From the human T2T-CHM13v2.0 reference genome, Homo sapiens: 64,000 nt of DNA. This document shows, one piece after another, positions 1-22,280 of this stretch (within the stretch, counting starts at the first letter, position 1; every line of letters begins with the position of its first letter). The translations under genes were made by a program, and so were the position numbers. The notes under the pieces were generated by a model. The model searched no databases. It was given only the letters and a program-made list of their open reading frames with translations, and had not been told where the DNA came from. The DNA is taken from NCBI RefSeq assembly GCF_009914755.1, contig NC_060938.1. One strand, 5' to 3'.

Positions 1-18
1 AGCCACTGCGCCCGGCCA

Positions 19-1890
<1,872 letters not shown>

Positions 1891-2143
1891 GGGTAATTTA
1901 TAGTTTTTGTTGCTATGATGCATTTCTCTTTAACACCCTTCCTGTTTATATTAAATAATATAAAAGCCATTTATTTTTGTATACTTAACATGTAATCAAC
2001 TACCTACCAACAATTCTTAACTGTTTATAAATCACATCCCCACAACAATTTTCAAGCAACATTGTGTTACCTGGATTCATTACTTTATACAGAGCAATAA
2101 TCATCATCATCATCCTCATTACATATAGTCTAAAATAGAGGTC

Positions 2144-2447
2144 AGCTGGGCATGGTGGCTCACGCCTATAGTCCTAGCACTTTGGGAGGTCGAGGCAGGA
2201 TTGCTTGAGGCCAGGAGTTTGAGACCAGCCTAGACAACATAGTGAGACTCTTGTCTCTACAAAAAAAAATTTTTTTAAATTAGCCAAGCATGGTGGCACG
2301 TGCCTGTTCTAACTACTCAGGGGGCTGAGGCAGGAGGATCACTTGAGCCCAGGAGTTCAAGGCTGCAGTGACCTGATTGTGCCCTGTACTGCAGCCTGCG
2401 TAACAGATCGAGACTCTGTCTCTAAACTAAAAAACAAACTAAAAAAA
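2144..2447 (+). mobile_element. Alu (AluJ-like)
   Basis: Diverged sense Alu with A-tail. Confidence 0.88.
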
Positions 2448-2629
2448 TAGATTTTATGGCATTTCATAAAGCTCTCCCACTTCTGTAACCTCCAACATGA
2501 TATTATTTACAGAGTAGACATTTACTTTTTTGTTTTCAATACTTACAATGGTTTGTTGACCTTAAAAAATCATAAATTTTAATAGCTGAGAGGAACCTTA
2601 AAGAACTTGTCCAACTTCCTCATTTTTTC

Positions 2630-3690
2630 CAATGTTTTTTATGGTGGTGAAATATACATAACATAAAGTTTACCATCTAAAACATTTTTAAGTGTATAGT
2701 TCAGTGGTAGTAAGTAGACTTGCACAACCATCACCATCCATCTCCAGAACTCTCTTCATCTTGTGTGTCTGAACCTCTGTAAGCATACAGTAGCTTCCTA
2801 CTGCCTCTTCCCTGATCCCTGGCACCCACCATTCCACTTTCCGTCTTTACGAATTTAACTACTCTAGGTATTTCATATAAGTAGTATCATACAGCATTTA
2901 TCTTTTTGTGACTGGCTTATTTAACTTAGCGTAATATCCTCAAGTTTCATCCATGTTGTAGCGTGTGTCAGAATTTCCTTTCTGCTTAATTTTTTTTTTT
3001 TTTTTTGAGACTGAGTCTCACTGTATCGCTGAGGCTGGAGTGCAGTTGCGCAATTTTGGCTCGTTCCAACCTCTACCTCCCAGGTTCAAGTGATTCTTCT
3101 GCCTCAGCCGCCAAAGTAGCTGGGACTACAGGCATGTGCCACCATGCCCGGCTAATTTTTTTATATTTTTATTAGAGATGGGATTTCACCATGTTGGCCA
3201 GGCTGGTCTCAAACTCCTGACCTAAGGTGAGCCGCCCGCCTTGGCTTCCCAAAGTATTGGGATTACAGATGTGAGCCACTGCACCCAGCCCATTCCTGCT
3301 TAATGTTAAATGATATTCTATTACGGTATGTATATACCATGTTTTGTTTATCCGTTTGTCTATCAGTGGACACTTGGGTCACGTCCATCTTTTGGCTATT
3401 GTGAATTTGCTACTGTGAACATGGGCGTACCAATATCTCGAGATCCCACTTTCATTTCTTCTGAATATGTGCCCCGAAGTGGAATGGCTGGATCCCCTGT
3501 TAAGTGATATCAATTATCATATGATAATTAATTTTTTAAGGAACGGCCAAATTGTTTTCCATAGCAGCTGCACCATTTTACCTCCCTGCCAACCGTGTAC
3601 AAGGTTCCAATTTCTCCACATCCTCACTAATACTTACTATTTTCTGTGATTTTGATAGTAGCTATCCTAATGGGTATGAGATGGTATTTC
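2630..3690 (-). mobile_element. Old L1 3' fragment interrupted by an antisense Alu (2990-3290)
   Basis: L1MB-like text (gactggcttatttaacttagc, ttcatccatgttgtagc, cagctgcaccattttac). Confidence 0.8.
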
Positions 3691-3952
3691 ATTGCGCCAG
3701 TCTCCTCATTTTACAGAGTAAGAAACTGAGGGGAGAAATGGCTTGTTTACATGCAGAAGCTGACCAGTTTGCTAAATGACTGTTCAGTTATTGTCCAATT
3801 CTCGAAAGAGTCAGCTTATTTAATGACAGATTTCACTGAATTGATTCACTCAAACTTTGCCAGGTTTTCCTCATTGATATTCACTAGACTGCTTCACAAA
3901 AATCTTGTCTTTATTATCTACTTAACAAATACTTACAGGAAATTGTATTATT

Positions 3953-4253
3953 GGCTGGGCACAGTGGCTCATGCCTTAATCCAGCACTTTGGGAGGCCGA
4001 GGCGGGCAGATCCCTTGAGTCCAGGAGTTCAAGACCAGCCTGGACAACATCTCTACAAAACCCATCTCTACCAAAAAGACAAAAATTAGCCAGATGTGGT
4101 AGTGTGCACCTGTAGTCCCAGCTACTAGGGAGGCTGAGGTGAGAGGATTGCTTGAGCCCGGGGGAGGTTGAGGCTGCAGTTAGCTGTGAGTGTGACACTG
4201 CACCCCAGTCTGGGTGACAGAGTGAGACCCTGTCTCAAAACAAAACAAAAAAC
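3953..4253 (+). mobile_element. Alu (AluJ-like)
   Basis: Sense Alu with tail. Confidence 0.88.
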
Positions 4254-4787
4254 AACTTTTTTATGTTTGAAAATCATCATAATAAATGTTGGAGAAGACC
4301 CTGAATTTTAGACCTAGCTCTATTATTTAATAGTGTGTTCTTAGAAAAAGCCCTTAATCCCTCTGTAATAGAAATCAAATAACCTGCCTTATCGGCTTTA
4401 AAGCAGATGTTCTAAGGACCAAATAATATACTCTATAGGAATGTAATTTGAAAACCGTACCATTAATGAACGAGATAAGATAGTGCCATTATTTCCCCTC
4501 TTGGTGATTTCAGTATTAGTAACGTATTATGTTTTGTGATTTTTTTTTTTTTTTAGTGGAGCAGTCAGAGAAGGAAGAGTTCAGATTAGTTTGAAGAAGG
4601 GAATGGAATGTTCTACTTAGCTCCCTCAATGAGAAAAAAAAAACCTCCCACACAACTACTAGCTCTTCTACAAGTAGACAGGCAGGGTCTAAGTTCACTT
4701 TGGAAGCCATTATGTATATCTTTATAAAGAAGAAGACAGAAAGAAAAGCTTAAACATAAACATAAATCAAATTTTGTTCTTTTTCAG

Positions 4788-4914
4788 GAGGCAGTAGGGG
4801 ACACATTAGAAGAACTGTGGATCTCCTACAATTTTATTGAGAAGTTGAAAGGGATCCACATAATGAAGAAATTGAAGATTCTCTACATGTCTAATAACCT
4901 GGTAAAAGACTGGG
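4788..4914 (+). CDS. DNAL1: Dynein axonemal light chain 1, internal coding exon (LRR; [42 protein letters not shown])
   Basis: ttttcag acceptor and G|gtaagc donor; 127 nt; manual translation matches the DNAL1 LRR region as I know it; phase continues into the next exon. Confidence 0.96.
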
Positions 4915-5119
4915 GTAAGCTGAGAGTGGCCCTTTGCTAACCTTCTACCGCCTGTTTATAGAAAATAGTCCGAGAGGGAAAAGATGCAAAACGAGAACGT
5001 TTATTTCTAAGCACAGAGAGAAAGTGGAAACATTTATGGCTAAGCTCAGAGAGAAACAGCAATAGGAGTTTCTAAATTTTAAATGCTTAACATTTATATT
5101 TAAATATTTACTTAGGATG

Positions 5120-5610
<491 letters not shown>

Positions 5611-5856
5611 TTAAGCTATTATCCAAAGGCTGAAGTAATCAGTTTAAATTTAATACTTCAAAGGTAGAAGACTTATTTGATATCTATGTTACTTTGCTTT
5701 TTTATTGTATATAATTCATTCAGTTATATGCGATGAACTATACCAGTCTCTTTGGATACATAGTTGAATAGGACATTATCCCTGCCCTCAAGAAGTTCAC
5801 AGCTTAGTGGGGAAAATTAGTTTGTAAGCTGATAATTATAAAACTGTGTGATAAGA

Positions 5857-6211
<355 letters not shown>

Positions 6212-6555
6212 TTAAGAATTCAAAGATGAGGGAATGGGTACAGACAAAGGCAGGTTAGCTTAACCTACACTGATGCAGCACAGCATGAAGAAGACCTGTC
6301 ACTGGAGAGTGATTTGTTCTTTTTGACTTTGAATCTCATCTCGTCTTATTTCATCCTTATGCTAGCATTTAAAGTAGAGAGGTATGTCTTCTTTTTCCCT
6401 CCCATCCTGTACTGTCTTCTGAGAATGACTTTATATGGTATAACTTTCCTAGCTTCCTTCAAAATCTTAAACAACTGATTGTCATGAATAGTCACAAACT
6501 GAGGGTTAATGATATTGGAATTTAATCCCCAAAATTGTAACAGTAAAACTTGCTG

Positions 6556-6860
6556 TTTTTTTTTTTTTTTTTTTTTTTTTGAGACAGAGTCGTGCTCTGT
6601 CGCTCAGTCTGGAGTGCATTGGTGCAATCTCTGCTCACTGCAACCTCCGTCTCCCGGGTTCAAGCAGTTCTCCTGCCTCAGCCTCCTGAGTAGCTGGGAC
6701 TACAGGTGCCCACCACTATGCCTGGCTTATTTTTGTATTTTTAGTAGAGATGGGGTTTCACTGTGTTAGCCAGGATGGTCTCGATCTCCTGATGTCGTGA
6801 TCCGCCCGCCTTGTCCCCCCAAAGTTCTGGGATTACAGGCGTGGACCACCGCACCCGGCC
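6556..6860 (-). mobile_element. Alu
   Basis: Antisense Alu ending 43 nt before the DNAL1 exon at 6904. Confidence 0.92.
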
Positions 6861-6903
6861 AAAACTTAGTGTTTTAATATGGAAAATATTCTTTTACTTG
6901 TAG

Positions 6904-7044
6904 CTGAGTTTGTGAAGCTGGCAGAACTGCCATGCCTCGAAGACCTGGTGTTTGTAGGCAATCCCTTGGAAGAGAAACATTCTGCTGAGAATAACTGGAT
7001 TGAAGAAGCAACCAAGAGAGTGCCCAAACTGAAAAAGCTGGATG
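6904..7044 (+). CDS. DNAL1: DNAL1 penultimate coding exon ((A)[46 protein letters not shown](G))
   Basis: ttgtag acceptor, G|gtgagt donor; 141 nt, phase 1-1; contains the LRR-cap FVGNP motif. Confidence 0.96.
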
Positions 7045-7230
7045 GTGAGTGATTCTGAGCTGGCTTAGACATATCTTCTAGGCATAAAAATGGAATTTGT
7101 GGCATGGAATCATGAAGAGGAGAAAAACTAAAGAAAAAATACCTCTGATCTTCCAGGTCATTTCTATCTATGTAAAATTGAATGGTCTAGGTTTGAGCCA
7201 AGGTGAGATGAAAAACTGCTAGGATATTTA

Positions 7231-7602
<372 letters not shown>

Positions 7603-7826
7603 TTATAAATCTACATGGAGCCAGTCACAGTGGCACGTTTCTGTAGTCAAGCTATTCAATGAGGCAAGAAGATTGCTTGAGGTCAGGAGTTTGAGACCAG
7701 CCTTTGCAATATAGTGAGAAAAACCCTGTATTTATTTTTAAAAAATTGTATATTTATTTTTTCCTGATATAAATTTCCTTCTGCTATGTTGGATTAAAGC
7801 TGGAATTATTCAGGGTTTGGTGCTGA

Positions 7827-9651
<1,825 letters not shown>

Positions 9652-9714
9652 ATTTCAAATCATTTGTCTTTACTTCCTTCAGGGTTGTACGTAGAAAGCG
9701 AACCTCTTCCCTTA

Positions 9715-10150
<436 letters not shown>

Positions 10151-10367
10151 AAGAATAAAATAGAACCACCAATGTAGAACTTGAATAGACAAAGCTACAT
10201 TATGGCCTTTTGGACCATGTATTGACTTCATGTCAATCTGAACAGCCCCTAGAAGAACACCTTAGTCTATTCTAAACCAGTGGGATAGACCAGAACAGAG
10301 ATGGCCACAGCTGCAAACTTGCCCATTTTTGTTTCTCTTCTGTTGCTCATAAGCAAAACTGAGGGAT

Positions 10368-13389
<3,022 letters not shown>

Positions 13390-13437
13390 TAGCAATTTTT
13401 TGAGAATAACCAGTAATAATTTTCTTTTTCATTTTAG

Positions 13438-13478
13438 GTACTCCAGTAATTAAAGGGGATGAGGAAGAAGACAACTAA
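13438..13478 (+). CDS. DNAL1: DNAL1 final coding exon ((G)TPVIKGDEEEDN*)
   Basis: ttttcattttag acceptor; GT ACT CCA GTA ATT AAA GGG GAT GAG GAA GAA GAC AAC TAA completes the frame and matches the DNAL1 C-terminus. Confidence 0.95.
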
Positions 13479-14983
13479 TGCCACGCTTTCCACTGTGTGT
13501 TAACTTATTTAAATGTCATAAGAACAATAGATAAATTTTATATAATTGTCTATTTTAAAGATTCTGTATGGGACAAAAGTTTCTTAAGATAAAACAGATC
13601 ACTCATTCTCATCTTTTTTTTTCCTTTAACTTATTCAGTGTTTCTCCCCAAAACTGGTAATGCCAACCTTATATATCCTATTTCTCTTTTTAGAAACCAC
13701 AAATTTTCGATTTTTGTCTTCAGTCTCAGTTACGTACTGTGTAGCCCCATCTACTAAAACAAAACCTTTGTAGACCAGTCATTTTTAATAACAAAGGAAC
13801 AAATGTTTTTTTCAGTTTGTTCATTTTTTTTAGGTTAGACATTTTAAAAGATGTACATTTGAAAATTCAGAACATTTTTCCTGAAGGTCTGTCTCTGTAC
13901 AATTCAGAAGCACATGCCTTTAGCTCAGAAGGCAGCATGGTGATGGGAAGAGTTCCTCTTAGAAATACAGCAGGTCCGGAACCAAGACTCCAAAGTTCCA
14001 TTGGAAAAGATATGGTGAAAAAAGGAAAAAGTAGTATCTCAGAGACCTTCTAGTCTATATTATACTTATTTGTTTTTCCAAAAATGTGCACATTGTCAAC
14101 TGGAATTTAGGTTGTTTTTATATGCATGGCCACTTGAGTCATTGTGTACAGTCATTCTGTGATCTCAGTTAGTGGTTAAAATGACTGTCATGATCATTTC
14201 TTTGACTGATAATGTGGCAATGTTACTCATGTGGACCTCGCCTTAAGCACACATTTTGGTTTTATAGTTCCTTATGTGTTTAAAGCATTAGTTATATTTG
14301 AATTCCTAGACTAAATGCTGGCCATTGATGTATGTCAAAATTTACCCTAATTATTTGGTCTGGTGACCCTCATTGTTGGGAAAAGTGACTACCATGGTTA
14401 TAAGTAAGGGTATAATGAAACTTAGTATTTCAAAATATATTTTTTGAGAAGTTCTAAGTTAAACAGCTCTTAAAATGTATTATGTACGTGGTTGTGGAGG
14501 GAAGGGAGATGTTTCATTATGAGATCCCAGGCAAATGGCAATATGTTTGAGGATTGTCTCCTACATAAAGCAGTGTAGGTGATTTAACCTCAAAATTGCA
14601 AAGCAATAGTTAGATGCAGAGGTTAGAATTTATCATGTAAACAAAAAATCCTTCAGGAAAATGTAAGACATTGTAGTCAGTAAGCAGATGAGGTCATAGG
14701 AGGCCATGGCTGGATCACTATTAGATTGCAGAAAAGAAGTCAGGGGCCCTCTGCCAAATTGTGCCTAAAGTCCCTCAGAGACTGTTGATTCTGGTTTCCC
14801 CATCTACTTGTGTGATTTTACTTGCATAAAATCACAGTGAAAGAGGGAAGAATCATCTTTAAAAAGTGATTGCATAAGTAGTCCTGGGTTTCAGAAGATT
14901 TCAGCTATCATTTACATAGGAATTACTTGATTTTTCTAAGTTACTCTGATCAAAAGGGACCACTGCTTTGACAATCAACTCTA

Positions 14984-15315
<332 letters not shown>

Positions 15316-16489
15316 CTAACACCCTTTTAGTTTTCTTTTCTCTCTTCTTTTCAATCTGATAGGAAGAAACCTTATTCTACTCTAGCTGGTTTATGCATTC
15401 AAAGCCTTTGGACATTTCTTTTATGAACCATAGGCAATGAGCCTTCATTCTCCTTGGTGATGTTTTAAGTTCCATAAACTGAGAGGGAAGATGATCTTCT
15501 TAAAGTTTGCACTTCCTTCAGTAGGCAAGCTTGAAGCCATGTTGATATGGATATGTTTTCTAAAAGTAACCCTGGAAGTGAATATAATAGGAAGTAAGTG
15601 ATTTCATATTGAATTTATTTGTAAAATGGCTTAGAGTTTTGGTGTTTGTTTTTTCTGAATTCTGTAATATAGAAACTGGTTCTCTTTCTCCTTGTTTCTC
15701 AATGACTTTTAATTACAGGTAGTTCTCAGACAAATGTAAGATACTTTTCTCTGTCCATTTCATGCAAAATTCATATTCAGTATCATTCAACAAATCTTTG
15801 AATGACTTCTATGCATCCCTGTTCATGGAACCCATGCCATTAGAAAATGGCAGTTGGGATGTATGAAGAAATGTAGGATATTCTCTCAAATCATTCCCTA
15901 AATTATCCTTTACTGCTGCAAATTTAGCTGATAAAACTGCCTTTGGTTTATGCCTCTTGGATCAGATATTTGACCTATGTGGAATAGATTATCTCTGTGC
16001 TTCCGGTTTAAGACATTACGCCATTTTAGTGGATCATTTAAATTTTTTCTATTCTGTTTTTTTTTGTTTGTTTGTTTGTTTGTTTTAAACAGAGTCTCAC
16101 TCCCGAGTAGCTGGGACCACAGGCACGTGCCATCATGCCTGGCCTATTTTTGTATTTTTAGTAGAGATGGGGTTTCACCATGTTGGCCAGGCTTGTCTTG
16201 AACTCCTAACTTCAGATGACCTGCCCACATCGGCCTCCCAAAGTGCTGGGATTACAGGCATGAGCCACCGTGCCTGGCCAAATTTCTTCTATTCTTGTAA
16301 GTGATGGTAAAACTCTGGAATCAGTCCAGTATTTTAGTTTTTCACAGCAAATTTGATTTTAGTCTACCAAGGAGTTTAACTTTTCTATGTTCCCTAACTC
16401 TAAGATTAGGGCTGTATTACCTAGACAGGCCTTAAAAGGTTTTTGTGTTGTTCTCTGTTAATAAGAATTTGTTCCTTTAAACCAGAGGA

Positions 16490-16690
16490 TCAACCTTGGA
16501 ACTATTAACATTTTGGGATTGATAATTCATTGTTGTTGGGGGCTGTCCTGTGTGCTTAGGATGTTCAGCTGCAGCCCTGGCCTCTACCCACTAGATTCCA
16601 GTAGACCCCCTCCTCAGCCATGACAACAAAGATATCTCCAGACATTGCCATCTGTCCCTTGGGTAGGAGGGTGGGAACAAATTCTCCCTT
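16490..16690 (-). mobile_element. MER20-like hAT DNA transposon
   Basis: gggggctgtcctgtg...cctggcctctacccactaga...tctccagacattgcca resembles antisense MER20. Confidence 0.75.
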
Positions 16691-16692
16691 AG

Positions 16693-17120
<428 letters not shown>

Positions 17121-17565
17121 TGAGCCACTGCGACTGGCTTAATGCTCATTTTCATAATTTTCATGTAATATTAGAAACTCAGGGCTGGAAGGTTCAACTT
17201 CTCTTTTTTGAAGCAGGGTCTCAACTTTTATTTCTAAGCATTCTTGCTTATCTTAGGACAGTGATTATTAACCTACCTCTCTGTTTCTATCAACAGAAGC
17301 CAACTTTATGATAGATTTTGCTTTGTCTCTAAAGTTTAATATTTTGAGTGTACTTTAGAAAATAGGTCATCATTCTTTAAGCGTCATTCATTGTCTAATC
17401 ACATAATTTTGCAGACCATGGCAGTCATTAAATACAGAAAAATACTGTGTAAAATTTGATAATCTTGTAGGAAAGTTAGCTGATGTAGACATCAATTTTG
17501 GATGTGATCAGAAGAATGTCTGCTTAAGATAACTGGTCAATAACTTGGTATGGCTACTGGATTCA

Positions 17566-18128
<563 letters not shown>

Positions 18129-19608
18129 TCACTTAAAAGCATTAGGAGGAAGTGTCAAAGCATCAGTCATGAATAGATTATGTCTCTCTGACTACAGTCA
18201 GACCATCAATTCACTAAGACCTTATACTCTGTAAGTGTTGGTAAAGGAAGAAAACTGCTAAATTGCATGTTACCCTTTACTAGAAATTCATTCCTTTGGC
18301 ACAGATTTTATTTATTTGGGGCTGTTTAATGTGTCTGTAAATCATGAAATATAAAAGCAAGATTCAGTGTAGCAGAGTTGGTGCTTCTTCTGACAAGCTA
18401 ACTTGACCATATTTCTTTATCTGTGCTCTAACATGTGTCATATTGTTTTCTTTTTGTAAACCATAAAATGGGTGAACTTCCAAAAATCAAGGGTCATGTT
18501 TTAAAATCATGGAACTTTTAGAAATACCATATCTGTATCTCTATTCCTGCATTTTATAAATCTGTAAAGGAAGAAAACTGAAAGGAAGAACTAGACTGAG
18601 TCTTACCTTTCTCTGACCTAAGATAAACTGATAAAACTTTTTACTTGATATTTGGAGAAGTCATTAACTGGATTCTAGTTAATTTCCCATATTGGGCAGT
18701 TTAGAGGAGACCCAGCCAACCAAATTATGATCTAGCAAATTTAACATAGGGGAAGAGGGATAGTAAACTATTTTTCAGTAGATTTGCACTTTAAACTTAG
18801 GAACTGGATGTTGGTGGAAAGGACTTCCATAGGGCAGATGGGTAAATATCTAGCCTGCACTTGGATGTTAGAGAATCAAACCTCACCCTTGCTCGTTCTA
18901 AACCCACATGAGTAGTTAACTGTCTTTTGACATAATCAGAGTCAGGATTTCCCTTTTTCCCTACTTGAGTCGTCTTCCATGTCTGTTACATCCAAGATCA
19001 TCCCTCTGGGGGATGTGTCAAGTAGTTCTCCTACTCAGAATAGAAGCTTTGCGAATTATCATTCCCACCTCTAGATTTTAAATGAATGTAGAGTTGTCTA
19101 ACATTATATGGGTGGGAGGCTCTTTGCCTCTGTGATCAGTAGGGTACCTGCCTCTGAGGTGCTACTGCCTGGAGGGATCACTCCCATCAAAAGACTGGTG
19201 AGTTGGAAGCTAAGAGCACATGCGCATAGCCAGCTCCTCTCCCAGGCTGGCAGTCATGATTACGAGCATCATTCCAGAATCTTTGGCTTCTAGAACCAAC
19301 TCCATTCTGAAGAACATTTTAACATCTATGAATACCTTGGTAATAATCTTTTATACACAGGAGTTTTGTAGCATGACTTTATGACTAAACTTATTGTGAA
19401 TTAAGTTATTTAGAAATGTTGAGTTTCTGAATGTTATTTTGTGATTTGTTTCAAAATGGTAATAAATTGTGTTATTTTGTAAAAAAAAAAAAAAGTATAT
19501 TTTTGGTACATGATTATTAGTTTTAGCTAATATAGAGCAATTATATAAACTTCTAGTGATATTCAGTCCAAAGAAATTCAGCCTTTGGATAACATGTACC
19601 ATGCAGTT

Positions 19609-19641
19609 TGTGTGGTGTGTGTGTGTGTGTGTGTGTGTGTG
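19609..19641. repeat. (TG)n microsatellite
   Basis: Read directly. Confidence 0.92.
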
Positions 19642-19662
19642 CACGTGCATGAGAGAGAGTGA

Positions 19663-19839
<177 letters not shown>

Positions 19840-20874
19840 TAATTTTTGTATTTTTAGTAGAGACGAAGTTTCACCATGCTGGCCAGGTTGGTCTCGAACT
19901 CTTGACCTCGTGATCTGCCCGCCACAGCCTCCCAAAGAGCTAGGATTACAGGCACGAGCCACCGCGCACGGCCAGAGGCATTCATTTCTTTAGCTAAGTT
20001 TTTTTTTCTTAGTAGGTTTTTTTCTCCCAGGCTTGTAACTCTTCCCCAGTTCTTTGGGCACTATTTCAAATTATTAGGCTTCTGGAAAGAGTGCTTCCAG
20101 GGACAGCAAGTTACTACTGCACTTGACCATTCCTAGTCCTCACCTGATTACCAGAAGGTACGCAAGGTAAAAGTTAGCTGATAGGCCCTGAATTGAGAAA
20201 AAGGAATCACCAAGCAATATCCGTAACATTACACATTTTGCCAGCACATTTTCTATGCTATCAGCTAAAACGTAATTTTGGTCACAAAATAGGGCTGTAG
20301 TGTAGTTTCTACTTCTTATTCCAGTTGTTTGATTATGAGGATACATTTCTTGCTGCTGTCCTCCACTAAACAGCAGACAAATTGCCAGGTGTGCTGGCTC
20401 ATGCCTGTAATCCCAGTGCTTTGGGAGGCCAAGGCAGGAGTTTGAGACCAGCCTAGGCAACATCGTGAGACCCCATCTCTACAAAAAAAAAAAAAGAAAA
20501 AAAAAATTAGTTGGGCATGGCAATGCCGCCTGTGGTCCTAGCTACTGGGGAGGCTGAGGCAGGATTGCTTGAACCCAGAAGTTTGAGGTTACAGTGAGCT
20601 ATGATCATGTCACTGCAAGACCCTGTCCCTAAAAAAAGGAAAAACAAATAGAAGACAAATTTCAATTTCTGAGTTTATACAAAGAAAGCCTTAATTCAGA
20701 TCATAAATATCCCATTGTTATTTTTAGTTCATTGTTTCCTAGAACAAAGGATGGACATTTAGGATCCTCACATTGATTTATGTCATATATATGTATTGCA
20801 TTGAATATATATATACGCATGTAGATACATACAATTGTTATATATAATTAAAAGTCAGAATCTTAGGTGATAAC

Positions 20875-21306
20875 TGTCAGACCTCTGAGCCCAAGCTAAG
20901 CCATCGCATCCCCTGTGACTTGCACGTATACATCCAGATGGCCTGAAGTAACTGAAGATCCACAAAAGAAGTAAAAATAGCCTTAACTGATGACATTCCA
21001 CCATTGTGATTTGTTCCTGCCCCACCCTAACTGATCAATGTACTTTGTAATCTCCCCCACCCTTAAGAAGGTTCTTTTTAATTCTCCCCACCCTTGAGAA
21101 TGTACTTTGTGAGCTCCACCCACTGTCTGCAAAACATTGCTCTTAACTTCAGCGCCTATCCCAAAACCTATAAGAACTGATGATAATCCACCACCCTTTG
21201 CTGACTCTCTTTTCGGACTCAGCCCGCCTGCACCCAGGTGAAATAAACAGCCATGTTACTCACACAAAGCCTGTTTGGTGGTCTCTTCACACGGACGTGC
21301 ATGAAA
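20875..21306 (+). mobile_element. HERV-H 5' LTR (LTR7 family, probably type II/LTR7B-like)
   Basis: TGTCAG...CATGAAA; TATAA 21169-21173; AATAAA 21242-21247; short TGTACTTTGT/CCCCACCCTT repeats in U3. Subtype is from memory of consensus sequences. Confidence 0.93.
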
Positions 21307-21308
21307 TT

Positions 21309-21326
21309 TGGTGCCGTGACTCGGAT
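21309..21326 (+). promoter_or_regulatory. Primer-binding site complementary to tRNA-His
   Basis: TGGTGCCGTGACTCGGAT immediately after the 5' LTR; the defining HERV-H PBS. Confidence 0.95.
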
Positions 21327-21449
21327 CGGGGGACCTCCCTTGGGAGATCAATCCCCCGTCCTCCTGCTCTTTGCTCTGTGAGAAAGATCCACCTACGACC
21401 TCAGGTCCTCAGACTGACCAGCCCAAGAAACATCTCACCAATTTGAAAT

Positions 21450-21458
21450 CCGGTAAGC
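21450..21458 (+). promoter_or_regulatory. HERV-H major splice donor
   Basis: CCG|GTAAGC about 150 nt downstream of the 5' LTR, the usual position of the HERV-H leader donor. Confidence 0.8.
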
Positions 21459-21992
21459 AGCCTCTTTTTACTCTCTTCTGCAACCTCCCTCACTATCCCT
21501 CAACCTCTTTCTCCTTTCAATCTTGGCACCACATTTCAATCTCTCCCTTCTCTTAATTTCAATTCCTTTCATTTTCTGGTAGAGACAAAGGGGACACGTT
21601 TTATCCGTGGACCCAAAACTCCGGCGCCGGTCACGGACTGGGAAGGCAGCCTTCCCTTGGTGTTTAATCATTGCAAGGACGCCTCTCTGATTATTCACCC
21701 ACGTTTCAAGGGTGTCAGACCACACAGGGACGCCTGCCTTGGTCCTTCACCCTTAGCGGCAAGTCCCGCTTTTCTGGGGAAGGGGCAAGTACCCCAACCC
21801 CTTCTCTCCTTGTCTCTATCCCTTCTCTGCTTTTCTGGGGAAGGGGCAAGTACCCCAACCCCTTCTCTCCGTGTCTCTACCCCTTCTCTCCGTGTCTCTA
21901 CCCCTTCTCTGCCTTTCTGGGGGAGGGGCAAGTACCCCTCAACCCCTTCTTCACCCTTAGCGGCAAGTCCCGCTTTTCTAGGGGGCAAGAAC

Positions 21993-22189
21993 CCCCAATT
22001 CCTTATTTCCACACCCCGACCTCTTATCTCTGTGCCCCAATTCCTTATTTCTGCACCCTGACCTCTTATCTCTGTGCCCCAATCCCTTATTTCTGCACCC
22101 CGACCTCTCAACTCTGTGCCCCAATCCCTTATTTCTGCACCCCAACCTCTTATCTCTGTGCCCCAATCCCTTATTTCCGTGCCCTGACC
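21993..22189 (+). repeat. 42-bp tandem repeat (~4.7 copies) in the HERV-H pre-gag leader
   Basis: Units CCCCAATYCCTTATTTCYRCACCCYRACCTCTYAWCTCTGTG start at 21993, 22035, 22077, 22119 and 22161. Confidence 0.92.
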
Positions 22190-22280
22190 CCCCTTCCCGC
22201 TTTTCTGGAGGGTAAGAACCCCCGAAACCCTTCCCTCCATGTCTCTACATTCTCTTTTCTCTAGGTTTGCCTCCTTCACT

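Noticed and set aside
19461-19494. AATAAA plus A14 as a processed-pseudogene tail
   Set aside because: No TSD or recognisable parent; better read as a DNAL1 poly(A) candidate and an internal-priming risk.
21309-21326. tRNA-His gene
   Set aside because: Only the 18-nt complement of the tRNA 3' end (the PBS).
21993-22189. CRISPR-like array
   Set aside because: Head-to-tail repeats with no unique spacers, inside a eukaryotic provirus.
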